The notes beneath the pieces are model-generated. The model made no database searches. It worked only from the letters and a program-made list of their open reading frames with translations, and was not told the origin of the DNA. Both the position numbers and the translations under genes were made by a program. A DNA stretch of 64,000 bases from a virus (lineage: Duplodnaviria; Caudoviricetes): the IMG/VR virus record IMGVR_UViG_3300036793_000047, positions 148-64,147 of that record; one strand, 5' to 3'. This document shows, one piece after another, positions 26,769 to 35,386 of this stretch; within the stretch, counting starts at the first letter, position 1; each line of letters begins with the position of its first letter.

Positions 26769-26980
26769 TGCGACAGCTTGACGACGACTTCGACGGCGTC
26801 CAGTACGACACGTTCTATGCGCCGAGCAGCGCGCAGCTGGAAGCTGACGAGATCAGGCGCGAAGTCAACGCGCGAGCGCGTAAGCCCCGGCGCGTGAGCA
26901 AGGCGCAGCAGCTCGTCGACAGCGGGCTCGCTGACAGTCTCGCTGACGCGCGCGCGCAGCTGCGCGACATGGGCGAGTGA
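26765..26980 (+). CDS. Hypothetical protein
   Basis: 71 aa, coupled. Confidence 0.55.
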   Translation: MMRQLDDDFDGVQYDTFYAPSSAQLEADEIRREVNARARKPRRVSKAQQLVDSGLADSLADARAQLRDMGE

Positions 26981-27159
26981 GCATGCAGTATGAAGTCGAG
27001 CATCGGCAGTGCGGCTGCGTCATCGTCACCGCGACCGGCGACGGTTGCGGTGACGGATGCCGTGGCTGGCACTGCCACGTCGCACGAGCATGCTCGCGGC
27101 ACTTCGCAGTCATGCCGCCTGAGCGAGCATGGTCGTGGGCAGCTGTGAATCGCAGCTGA
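26977..27159 (+). CDS. Small Cys-rich protein
   Basis: 60 aa, coupled. Confidence 0.45.
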   Translation: MSMQYEVEHRQCGCVIVTATGDGCGDGCRGWHCHVARACSRHFAVMPPERAWSWAAVNRS

Positions 27160-27270
27160 GGACTGCGACCGGCGCGCGCGATCGCTGCACAAGTCGAGCG
27201 CTCGTGCCCGCCGGCCGGGGTCCCCGGAGACAGCAGAGTGCTGTCGCAACAGGAGAGAAGGAAGACACAA

Positions 27271-27819
27271 GTGAACGTCAATCCCCAGCCACGCAAGACG
27301 CATCGAGTGCGCAAGACGCTGCTCGTCATCGGCAGCGTGTTCGCCACGATCATCGTCGTGTCTGTGATCGTCGCAGCGGTCAACGGCACGCCCTCGTCGA
27401 CGAGCACGAGCAGCCCCGCTGTGTCGTTCACCCCGATCACGGAGACGCCCGCGCCCGCGGCGCCTGTGTCTGCGCCGAGCACGCCGGCAGCCCCGCTGCT
27501 CACAGTGCCTCAGCAGCAGGCGATCGCGTCTGCTCTGAGCTATCTGAGCGGCGGGCAGGGCTTCAGCAAAGCCGGCCTGTTCCATCAGCTGCACTCGCCG
27601 TACGGCGAGGGATTCTCAGCGCGCCTAGCCAGGTTCGCTGTCAAGTTTTTCGATCACGGCAACATTTGGCGCAGGCAGGCAGTGATGTCAGCCAGGAGCT
27701 ACATGCAGAGCGAGCCTGGCTGGTCACGGAGCGCTCTAGTCGCGCAGCTCGACTCGCCGTACGGCGAGCAGTTCACTGTCTCGCAGGCTGAGTACGCAGC
27801 GCACAAGGTCGGGCTCTGA
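27271..27819 (+). CDS. Ltp-like surface-exposed membrane protein (superinfection-exclusion family)
   Basis: N-terminal TM, Pro/Thr/Ser linker, two repeats (A..SA.SY(L/M)...G(F/W)S(K/R)..L..QL.SPYGE.F); GTG 27271 after GGAGAGAAGG. Confidence 0.75.
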   Translation: MNVNPQPRKTHRVRKTLLVIGSVFATIIVVSVIVAAVNGTPSSTSTSSPAVSFTPITETPAPAAPVSAPSTPAAPLLTVPQQQAIASALSYLSGGQGFSKAGLFHQLHSPYGEGFSARLARFAVKFFDHGNIWRRQAVMSARSYMQSEPGWSRSALVAQLDSPYGEQFTVSQAEYAAHKVGL

Positions 27820-27920
27820 TCGAGCGCTGTTTGACCGGGGACGACGCGCAGCACGTCAGCTGCGCGCCGTCGCCGGCCGGGGCACCCGAGCTAGACCCGG
27901 ACGGAGAGAAGGAGCACACC

Positions 27921-28373
27921 GTGAGCGAGAAATACCGTCAGCGCGTCAGCCGCGATCTGTGGGTCGTGCTCGACGCTAACGGCGAGATCACGCTGGAGAC
28001 AGCGAACGGCGCGACAGTCGTCGATGCGCCGAGCAAGCTGATCGACGAGCTGATCGACGCGCTGACTGCAGCGACCGCGCAGCGCGAGCTGCTGCCCGGC
28101 CGGCCCGCTGTGCGCGCGCTGACTGACGCGCAGCTCGTCGACGACGTCTGCCGGCATGTCGAGCACCAGCCGTGGGGGCGAGACGGCAACCAGCCCGTGC
28201 CCGTCGAGATCTGGTACCACACGCGCACGCACACTGAGCACGCGTCGTACTGGGTCGTGCGCTTCGTCGTCGCGGCGAAGGGCAGCCGGCGCAAGTACGG
28301 GCGCACAACTGGCGCGACGCTACGCGAAGCGCTGACAGCGGCACGAGAGCAGCAGACAGGCGGCGCGTCATGA
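27921..28373 (+). CDS. Hypothetical protein
   Basis: GTG 27921 after GGAGAGAAGG; 150 aa. Confidence 0.6.
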   Translation: MSEKYRQRVSRDLWVVLDANGEITLETANGATVVDAPSKLIDELIDALTAATAQRELLPGRPAVRALTDAQLVDDVCRHVEHQPWGRDGNQPVPVEIWYHTRTHTEHASYWVVRFVVAAKGSRRKYGRTTGATLREALTAAREQQTGGAS

Positions 28374-28951
28374 CCGCGATCGCTGCTGCTGCCGCACAGC
28401 TCGATCTCGCGAGCCTGTACGACGACACGATCAGCCAGCACGTCGGATACATGCAGCAGCTCGACTGGGCCGAAGACGAGATACAAGCCGGCATGCGCCG
28501 ACACCCGAGGGCAGCAGACGTCATCTGGCACTCGCTGACGCTGACGACGCCGACAGCTGACCTGATGCGCGTCGAGACCGTGTATCGCGCGCACTGCCGC
28601 GAGATCGTCGACCGGGTTGCCGCCGGGCAGGACACGCGCCCCGGCACAGCTGTCGAAGTCGCGATCTTGTGCTGTCACGTCTCAGGGCTCGCGCCGCTGA
28701 CAGCGACAGCCGCGGGGCTGTACTTCCGCATGCTGCGCGCAGCTGAGCTGCCATTCGCTGTCGACGACGAGCGAGCCGGCGCGTACGAGCAGCTGCGCGG
28801 CGATCAGATCGACGACGCAGAGGCAGAGGCGCGGCACAAGCTAGCTGACAAGACGCGCACGCTGCGACGCATCAGCTGCGGGGGCAAGCATCACGGCACG
28901 CCGGTCGCCTGCCGGTACGCGCCCGCAGCGCGCGGGGAGTTGCTGTTCTGA
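28370..28951 (+). CDS. Conserved actinobacterial MGE hypothetical protein
   Basis: WAEDEI...RHP...VYRAHCREIVDRVAAGQDTRPGTA. Confidence 0.65.
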   Translation: MTAIAAAAAQLDLASLYDDTISQHVGYMQQLDWAEDEIQAGMRRHPRAADVIWHSLTLTTPTADLMRVETVYRAHCREIVDRVAAGQDTRPGTAVEVAILCCHVSGLAPLTATAAGLYFRMLRAAELPFAVDDERAGAYEQLRGDQIDDAEAEARHKLADKTRTLRRISCGGKHHGTPVACRYAPAARGELLF

Positions 28952-29079
28952 TGGGCGCGACAGTCGACGTCGGGCTGCTCGTGCACGACTTGCTGCTGCT
29001 CGCAGGCGCCGCCGCTATCGTCGCCCTGGCCGTAGTCGTCGGCTGGTGCGTCGTCAGAGTCTGGCGGATGACGCGATGA
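28951..29079 (+). CDS. Small single-TM protein
   Basis: 42 aa, TGATG coupling. Confidence 0.45.
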   Translation: MGATVDVGLLVHDLLLLAGAAAIVALAVVVGWCVVRVWRMTR

Positions 29080-29246
29080 GCCAGACGACGTGCAACAGCA
29101 CGCACAACCTGATGGCGATCACGATCCGGCCCTGGTATCGCGGCTTCCGCAAGCACTCGCTGATCGTCTGCTTTGCGTGCCGCGAGACAGTGCACGAACC
29201 ACGCCCGCGGATCTTGCGAGCAGAACGGAGAGCCCCCAATGACTGA
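29076..29246 (+). CDS. Small hypothetical protein
   Basis: 56 aa, coupled. Confidence 0.45.
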   Translation: MSQTTCNSTHNLMAITIRPWYRGFRKHSLIVCFACRETVHEPRPRILRAERRAPND

Positions 29247-29535
29247 CGGCACAGATAGCAGCGTGTGGGCCGAAGTCGACGTGCTGCGCGCGCTGCTCGC
29301 GCCTGGCCCGGCTGTCGAGCGCGACGAGCATCACGCGCTGCGCTACCGCAAGCCGACGATCTACACGCTCCGCATGCCCGGCACGTACCAGGAGCGGGGC
29401 GACGTCGAGATCAGGTTCGTGTTCGACCGTGCAGACGGCCGGGGCCGGCTGCACTTCCATGCAGTGCTCAGTCAAGACGACTTGTTCCGCGCGCTGATCC
29501 GCGCCGGCGTGCTGATGAGCGAGCAGCGACGATGA
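29239..29535 (+). CDS. Hypothetical protein
   Basis: ATG 29239 after GGAGAG; 98 aa. Confidence 0.5.
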   Translation: MTDGTDSSVWAEVDVLRALLAPGPAVERDEHHALRYRKPTIYTLRMPGTYQERGDVEIRFVFDRADGRGRLHFHAVLSQDDLFRALIRAGVLMSEQRR

Positions 29536-29780
29536 GCGGCCGCTGCGGCTCGCTGATCGAGCAGACGAAGGGCGCTGAGCTGACCCCGTGCACGGGCGTG
29601 CCGGTCGGCACGTTCATGGCTGCTTGCCGGTGCGGGCATCTGAGTATCAAAGATCTGTGCGCGAGCTGCCGCGACGTCCGGTCGGCTGTGCAGACGCCGC
29701 TGTGCATCGTGTGCCATCGCGCTGAGAACAGTCACGAGTGCGCGATGACGCGCCCGATCATCTTGGAGTCGCAGCCATGA
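29532..29780 (+). CDS. Cys-rich hypothetical protein
   Basis: 82 aa; CRCGH, CASC, CIVC. Confidence 0.5.
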   Translation: MSGRCGSLIEQTKGAELTPCTGVPVGTFMAACRCGHLSIKDLCASCRDVRSAVQTPLCIVCHRAENSHECAMTRPIILESQP

Positions 29781-29992
29781 CGAGCTACCGGACAGCGTAC
29801 GTCGGCAGCGGGCCGCGCAGCCGACCGCAGCGTCGGCTGACCGCAGCTCAGGCGTGCGGTTCCCCGGCTGCGTACGACAGGCACAGGTACTGGGGCGAAG
29901 TGCCGTGCGCTCGCTGTGTCGCAGCGATGCGGCCGATCTGGGCTGCGAAGGCAGCGCGCCGGTACGCACGCAGAAAGGTCCGGCAGTCATGA
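29777..29992 (+). CDS. Small basic Zn-binding protein (CG...Y.RH...GE.PC..C)
   Basis: ACGSPAAYDRHRYWGEVPCARC. Confidence 0.55.
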   Translation: MTSYRTAYVGSGPRSRPQRRLTAAQACGSPAAYDRHRYWGEVPCARCVAAMRPIWAAKAARRYARRKVRQS

Positions 29993-30336
29993 GCGCGTAC
30001 GACGAGCAGATCGCAGCACAGCGACGCGCAGACGGGCGCATGCTCGTCTGGCTACGTAAGCAGCTGAAGGCTGACCTGCGACGCGCTCGCGCTGACTTGC
30101 GCGTCGCAGTCGACTGCAGCGACGACGTCAGCTTGCCGATCGCGAGTGACGAGGTCGACCTGTTCAAAGCGCTGCTCGTCTGGCAGCGCCGGATCGACAG
30201 TTGGAACACGACCCGCGGGGACCCCGACTATGCGAACGTGCGACTGATCGCTGACACGGTGATCGCGATCGCGCGACACGTCGCGTACGGCTACCGGCAG
30301 CGCCCAGGATGGCGCGACGAATGGAGTCCGAGATGA
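29989..30336 (+). CDS. DUF6221-like protein
   Basis: C-terminal VAYGYRQRPGWRDEW pattern. Confidence 0.45.
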   Translation: MSAYDEQIAAQRRADGRMLVWLRKQLKADLRRARADLRVAVDCSDDVSLPIASDEVDLFKALLVWQRRIDSWNTTRGDPDYANVRLIADTVIAIARHVAYGYRQRPGWRDEWSPR

Positions 30337-30800
30337 CCGGTCCCGAGGTCGAGTTCGTGTCAGCGCTCGTGCTCATCACTACACGCAAGCCCCTGCTCGC
30401 AGTCGCGATCCCGCGCAGCTGGCGCGTGTGGTGGCGGCGCGGACGACCCCGCCCGTCGATCCGCGCTCGACTGCGCCGACGCGTGTACGCAGCTGACAAC
30501 TATCACTGCGTGTACTGCTGGCGGACAGTCGACTTGCAGCTCGATCACGTGCGCCCCTGGTCGACCGGCGGGCTGTCGTCGCTGTGGAATCTCGTCACGC
30601 TGTGCGGCTCGTGCAACCGCGCGAAGTCGAATTACTGGCAGTACCGCAACGGTCGCATCGTGTTTCGGCTGTGGACGTACGACGACGTCGAGCGCATGCC
30701 TACCCGTTATCAGCTCGATATCGCAGCAGCGATCCTCGCGCGCGAGCGACGAGCACGCCGCAACCCGCTGCGCTGGCTGCGAGCTGCTGCAGCGCGCTAG
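30333..30800 (+). CDS. HNH endonuclease
   Basis: RVYAADNYHCVYC...LQLDHVRPWSTGG...NLVTLCGSCNRAKSN. Confidence 0.85.
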   Translation: MTGPEVEFVSALVLITTRKPLLAVAIPRSWRVWWRRGRPRPSIRARLRRRVYAADNYHCVYCWRTVDLQLDHVRPWSTGGLSSLWNLVTLCGSCNRAKSNYWQYRNGRIVFRLWTYDDVERMPTRYQLDIAAAILARERRARRNPLRWLRAAAAR

Positions 30801-30823
30801 CACCACCGGAGAGAAGGACTGCC

Positions 30824-31579
30824 ATGCCCCCCGAACTGCCCCTCGCCGTTCAGCGCGCACGAACCGGCGCGCTCATCACCATCGCTGCGCTGACAGCTGC
30901 TGCAGCGCTCGCTTCGTTCGCTGAGTCATACCGCGGGCTGCTCGACTGGGCGCTCGCGCACAGCCTGCCCCTCGGCTGGGCGATCGTCGCCCCGCTCATG
31001 GTTGACGTCTTCGTCGCAGTCGGCGAGCTGTCGCTGTTCGTGCTCGTGCTCGACGGGTTCAGCTGGCAGCAGCGCATACCCGCGTGGCTGATCTCGATCG
31101 TCGGGCTCGCAGCGTCGATCGCAGGCAACGCCGGCCACGTCTGGACGCTGAGCATCGCGACACGCGTGACAGCTGCTGTGCCGCCGGTCGCTGCCGCAGC
31201 TGCGCTCGCTGTCGCGCTCGGGCTACTCAAGCGCGTCATGGCCGGACCGAAAGCTAACCCGGACACGACGCAGCTGCCGGACACAGCTGAGCCGGTCACT
31301 GTGCCGGACATCGTCGAGCCGGACACGCGGCCAGCGTCCGGCAGCGTCCCGGACAGTCCGGTCGTCGTCCCGGACATCAGAGTGCCGGACGTGCCAGCAG
31401 TCAGAGTGCCCAAAGTGCCGGACGTCAAGGTGCCGGACGTCTCAGCTCAGCAGCTCCGCGCGATCGAGCTGCTGACTGCGCGACCAGACATGACCGGCGC
31501 TGACCTCGGCCGCGCTCTCGGCGTGTCCGACCGGCAGGGCAGGCGCGTGCTGAACGCGCTGAACGGCAGCCGGCCATGA
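30824..31579 (+). CDS. DUF2637 (Spd-like) membrane protein with Pro-Asp repeats and C-terminal HTH
   Basis: Four TM helices (ASFAESY..L..WA...PLMVD...SIAGNAGH...AAVPPVA), PD repeat linker, MTGADLGRALGVSDRQGRRVL HTH; ATG 30824 after GGAGAGAAGG. Confidence 0.7.
   Translation: MPPELPLAVQRARTGALITIAALTAAAALASFAESYRGLLDWALAHSLPLGWAIVAPLMVDVFVAVGELSLFVLVLDGFSWQQRIPAWLISIVGLAASIAGNAGHVWTLSIATRVTAAVPPVAAAAALAVALGLLKRVMAGPKANPDTTQLPDTAEPVTVPDIVEPDTRPASGSVPDSPVVVPDIRVPDVPAVRVPKVPDVKVPDVSAQQLRAIELLTARPDMTGADLGRALGVSDRQGRRVLNALNGSRP
31256..31440 (+). repeat. Nine direct CCGGAC repeats (candidate clt / TraB recognition sequences)
   Basis: CCGGAC at 31259, 31277, 31304, 31319, 31349, 31370, 31385, 31418 and 31433, all on the same strand and in frame. 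Confidence 0.6.
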
Positions 31580-31878
31580 GCACGACGATCGTGTACGCGG
31601 CGATCGCCGTCGTCGGCATACTCGCGTCAGGTTACGCAGCAGCGTTCGTGACGCGTCAGGTTAGATCACAACGTGACTACGCAGCCCGGCTGCACTGGGG
31701 AAACGAGCCTGGTGACCGTGTGGCACAGTCACAGCCGGTGCTGCGACCTGCACTGACGCACAACGACCCGAGTGACGGTCACAGCGCTGTCACAGGCGAG
31801 CCACAAGCGATGTCACAGCTAGCCGTCGCTGTCCGTGCGGCTCGCAGGTCCAGAGCACGCGCTGTGGCTGATGACTAG
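31576..31878 (+). CDS. Single-TM membrane protein
   Basis: 100 aa with an N-terminal TM segment; last rightward gene. Confidence 0.55.
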   Translation: MSTTIVYAAIAVVGILASGYAAAFVTRQVRSQRDYAARLHWGNEPGDRVAQSQPVLRPALTHNDPSDGHSAVTGEPQAMSQLAVAVRAARRSRARAVADD

Positions 31879-31955
31879 CGACAGGACTGTGCGCCCGCCT
31901 ACGCCGATCCGGCGTGTCGGGTACTGATACGCGATATTCACGCAGACAGACGACG

Positions 31956-31990
31956 AGGGCCGGGCTAGACGAAGACGTCAGCCCGGCCCT
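31956..31990. terminator. Hairpin between convergent transcription units
   Basis: AGGGCCGGGCT-13nt-AGCCCGGCCCT perfect 11-bp stem. Confidence 0.5.
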
Positions 31991-32010
31991 TAAAAACGGC
32001 TCAGCGACGC

Positions 32011-34020
32011 TCAGGGACGCTGCGCGAAGCGATACCGCGCGCCGACGCCCTGGCCCGTGCGCTCGATCGTCCCGCCCTCGATCTCAGCCTTTAGCCAACG
32101 GTGGATCGTCTCGCGCCGGACGCCCATGTTTTCCTTGCGCAGCACAGCCTCGATCTCGACGACAGACAGCCCGAAGATCGGCCGCTCCCCGAGCAGCGAG
32201 AACATCCGCGCCTTGGGATCCGGCTTCGCGCTCGCCATTCCCTCAGCGGACATGATGGCCGCGAAGTCTGCAGCTGTCGTGTCCGCGACCGGCTTGACGT
32301 CCGTCCGCGTGACCGTCGCAGTGCTCGTGCTGTCCGGCCCGGACGCGACGACGTCCGCAGCGGACAGTCCGGCATGCTGAGCGGCCAGCCGCTGATACAG
32401 CGATGACCGCTCCCACCGTTCTGTGTAGTCCGCGCCCATCGCAGACGCTGACAGCGCGTCCGGCCCTGGCCGCGTGTGTCCGGCTACCCGCGCTAGCTCG
32501 TCGATGCGCTTCGCGTCGCTGTCGTTCTCCGGGTCTAGCCGGTAGAACCGCAGCGGCATCGGAGACGACCGGCCCGGCTTCCAGACGATCGCTGAGCCGG
32601 GGTGCTGCAGGCCGGCGAGCAGCCGCGCAGCTCGCGTGTCGTCAGCGACGATCGAGCGCGCGTCAGCTTCAGTCGCGACGCCCAGCGCGAACCGCAGCTT
32701 GCACTGCGACTTCAGGTCACCCGAGCCGAGCATCGTCACCGTCGCGCGCTGCGTCGCCCATATCGGCATCACAGCTTCAGACCGGCATTTGCGGGTGATG
32801 CGCGTCGCGACAGCTGTCATCGTCGCGTTTGACGTGCCGTCACCCTGCTCGCTGCGGGGCACGTCTGAGCCGAGCACGTCAGCGATCTCGTCAGTGATGA
32901 GCACGAACTGCGGCATCGCAGGCGTCGGCTTAATCTTGCTGCCGCCGATCAGCGACTCGCCGCGGGCGGTGATCACTCTGTCGATCGCGCGCAGCATGAC
33001 CTCAGTCTCTTGCCGGTTCGTCGCGACCCAGTCGATAGCGGGGCGCGGGCAGTCGCCGCGGATCCAAGGCATGATCCAGGGGGCGAACAGCCGGCCGCCC
33101 TTCAGGTCGACGCCGAGCACGACGACGTCAGGGCAGCGCGTCAGCTGCGCCATCAGCACGTTCAGGAAATTCGACTTGCCCGCGCCGGTCACGCCGATGA
33201 CGAGCGCAGCGACTTCGCGCAGCAGCACGCTCGCGACGTCGCCGTTCGACTGCACGCCGATGTCGACGGGCTGCGTGATCGTCAGCAGATCGCCGGGCGA
33301 GCACGGCGGGAACGGCACGTCGACAGACAGAATGTCTTTCGTGTCCAAGTGCATGAACGCTTCGCCGGCGTGCCTGCTCTGCGTGAACGACACCGAGTTA
33401 GCCGGCAGGCGCAGCGCAGTCGCTACGCCGTCCGGCAGCTGATGCAGCGTTTTCAGCGTCACTCTCCCCGATCTCGGCAGCCGTAGCTTCACTGTCGCCC
33501 CCGCCCTTCCCTCGTCGACGCTCAGACAGCGCACGCCGTCAGCGCCGAGCCTGGCTAGCACGTCTTCGTACCGGCGCAGCATCGCCAGATCCGGTCGTGC
33601 TCCCCCGTCAGTCAGCTCGTCGAGATATGCGCCATACGCCCGTACTGTCGCAGCTGTGAGCAGCGCAGCCGGCACGGCTAGCTCAGCGATCGCGACGCCT
33701 GACCACACGGTGTATACCCGTCCGACGCCAAGAAACGCAGGCAGATGATCAAACCGCGCGTGTATCGCCCACGCCGCGAGCAAGATCGCCCACCCGGTCA
33801 CAGCTCGCGCCATGTGCATCGAGCGCGTGACAGCTTCAGTCGTCGCGATCGCTGCGCCGCCTAGGACGAGCACAGCCAGGTCCGGCATCCACGCATGCAC
33901 GTGCGCTGCAGACGCGCCGGCTGTCCCGGCAAACGTCAGCACGCACGCGAGCGCGCAGCTCTCCGCGACGAGCCCGGCGTGACCGGCTTTGACCGGCTTA
34001 CGACTCGTGACGCTGCTCAT
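32011..34020 (-). CDS. traB: TraB-like FtsK/SpoIIIE dsDNA translocase (actinomycete conjugation type)
   Basis: N-terminal TM helices; Walker A GVTGAGKS; VDLKGG; RPAIDWVAT; Walker B LITDEIA; WATQR; C-terminal winged helix (LSVVEIEAVL...RETIHRWL). Confidence 0.75.
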   Translation of the reverse strand: MSSVTSRKPVKAGHAGLVAESCALACVLTFAGTAGASAAHVHAWMPDLAVLVLGGAAIATTEAVTRSMHMARAVTGWAILLAAWAIHARFDHLPAFLGVGRVYTVWSGVAIAELAVPAALLTAATVRAYGAYLDELTDGGARPDLAMLRRYEDVLARLGADGVRCLSVDEGRAGATVKLRLPRSGRVTLKTLHQLPDGVATALRLPANSVSFTQSRHAGEAFMHLDTKDILSVDVPFPPCSPGDLLTITQPVDIGVQSNGDVASVLLREVAALVIGVTGAGKSNFLNVLMAQLTRCPDVVVLGVDLKGGRLFAPWIMPWIRGDCPRPAIDWVATNRQETEVMLRAIDRVITARGESLIGGSKIKPTPAMPQFVLITDEIADVLGSDVPRSEQGDGTSNATMTAVATRITRKCRSEAVMPIWATQRATVTMLGSGDLKSQCKLRFALGVATEADARSIVADDTRAARLLAGLQHPGSAIVWKPGRSSPMPLRFYRLDPENDSDAKRIDELARVAGHTRPGPDALSASAMGADYTERWERSSLYQRLAAQHAGLSAADVVASGPDSTSTATVTRTDVKPVADTTAADFAAIMSAEGMASAKPDPKARMFSLLGERPIFGLSVVEIEAVLRKENMGVRRETIHRWLKAEIEGGTIERTGQGVGARYRFAQRP

Positions 34021-34361
34021 ATCCCCCTCGCTTCCAGATGGGGCGCGCCGGCCCCGTGTCGCGGCGTCGCGCGCATGCCGTACAAGTACACGCTCGGCTC
34101 GCAGTGCTCGATCGCAGCAGCTTCAGCTGTCATCTTGATCAGCAGCTGATACCACTCCGGTTCCATCACCCAGCACGCGCCAGCTGATTTGTCAGCGTGA
34201 CTCGACGTCGCGACGTGCCAGATCAGATAACGCTCGATCGCGTCTTTACCGAGATCTGACCAGCCGGTAGCCGGCAGCATCGGCAAGATCCGCCACGGCT
34301 CGGGCGGCTTGCGCTTGCGCTGCAGCGGCCAGCGCGACTGCAGCCGTTCAAACGCGCTCAC
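34017..34361 (-). CDS. Hypothetical protein in the transfer operon
   Basis: 114 aa, coupled on both sides. Confidence 0.55.
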   Translation of the reverse strand: MSAFERLQSRWPLQRKRKPPEPWRILPMLPATGWSDLGKDAIERYLIWHVATSSHADKSAGACWVMEPEWYQLLIKMTAEAAAIEHCEPSVYLYGMRATPRHGAGAPHLEARGI

Positions 34362-35095
34362 GGGATGATCCTCTCCTGCTCTGGCTCGCTCACACGCTGG
34401 CGCAGCACCGGGGCAGCGACCGGCAGGCCGGGCACCGGCTCGGGCGGCGGGATGCGCACGGGCTCGTCTTCGATTGTCCGCTCGATCGGCTCGTGCTCGA
34501 TCTGCGGCCGGGGCAGCTGCTCGGGCAGCCAGGCGATCTGCGGACGGCGCACGATCGGACGGCCAGTCATCACCGGGCGGCGCACAGCTGACGCCTGACT
34601 GACGATCCGGCCGCCGCTGCTCCTGCGCGTCTGATGCCGGTACACAGCGAACGCAGCAGCGCCGGCTGCGGTGATGATCGCGAGCACGCGCAGCAGATCA
34701 GGCAGCACGACCCACGCCGCGACAGCCCCGGCGGGCACGGCCAGGCCGCGAACGACGAGCGCACGCGAGCGTCGCCGTGCCGGCAGTCCGGCTGACAGCT
34801 TCCGGCTGCGACGAGCCACCCGATGCCGCGCGATCGTCGCCCGAGCTCCTGACAGCTTCCGCAGCCCGACAGTGCGCGTGACCGGCGGCAGCCGGTAGTC
34901 ATAGCACAGCACTGTCAGGTAACCGCGCCAGCCGTGGTTATAAACGTCACCGTACTGATCGACAGATGCGAGCAGCCCGACTGTCCACTGCCCGCCCCAC
35001 TGCCGCGCCAGCGACCGGGCGAGCGCGCAGTTACGCGCCGAGCGGCGCTGACCGCCCGCCCGGTCCATGAAACTGATCTGAGTGTCGAACGCCAT
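34358..35095 (-). CDS. Membrane protein in the transfer operon
   Basis: Central TM hairpin, Pro-rich tail. Confidence 0.55.
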   Translation of the reverse strand: MAFDTQISFMDRAGGQRRSARNCALARSLARQWGGQWTVGLLASVDQYGDVYNHGWRGYLTVLCYDYRLPPVTRTVGLRKLSGARATIARHRVARRSRKLSAGLPARRRSRALVVRGLAVPAGAVAAWVVLPDLLRVLAIITAAGAAAFAVYRHQTRRSSGGRIVSQASAVRRPVMTGRPIVRRPQIAWLPEQLPRPQIEHEPIERTIEDEPVRIPPPEPVPGLPVAAPVLRQRVSEPEQERIIP

Positions 35096-35098
35096 CGC

Positions 35099-35386
35099 TC
35101 AGTCCGTCAGCCACATGTCGTGCTGCTTGGAATGCGTCGCTGCGACCGTCTCGGCCGGGTCGTGCAGCCCGCCGGCTGCTGACGCCAGCTCGTGCAGCGC
35201 TTCGACGACCGGCGCTTGTATCGGGTCCTCTTCCATGCCGGACGCTGCTGCGTGCAGCGCGCTGCCCAGCTCAGTGAACAGATCCGGCAGCGCTTTGAAA
35301 AACGCGTCGGCCTCTGACCTGCTCTGCGGCCGGAAGCCGGCCAGCTGCTGCTGTACTTGCTCTATCACTGCGTCGATTGCGGCCAT
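35099..35386 (-). CDS. Nested in-frame 95-aa helical protein (TraB-linked accessory type)
   Basis: Internal ATG 35386 preceded by CGAGAGAAGG (9/10 match to the genome's start motif); MAAIDAVIEQ...HSKQHDMW. Confidence 0.5.
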   Translation of the reverse strand: MAAIDAVIEQVQQQLAGFRPQSRSEADAFFKALPDLFTELGSALHAAASGMEEDPIQAPVVEALHELASAAGGLHDPAETVAATHSKQHDMWLTD

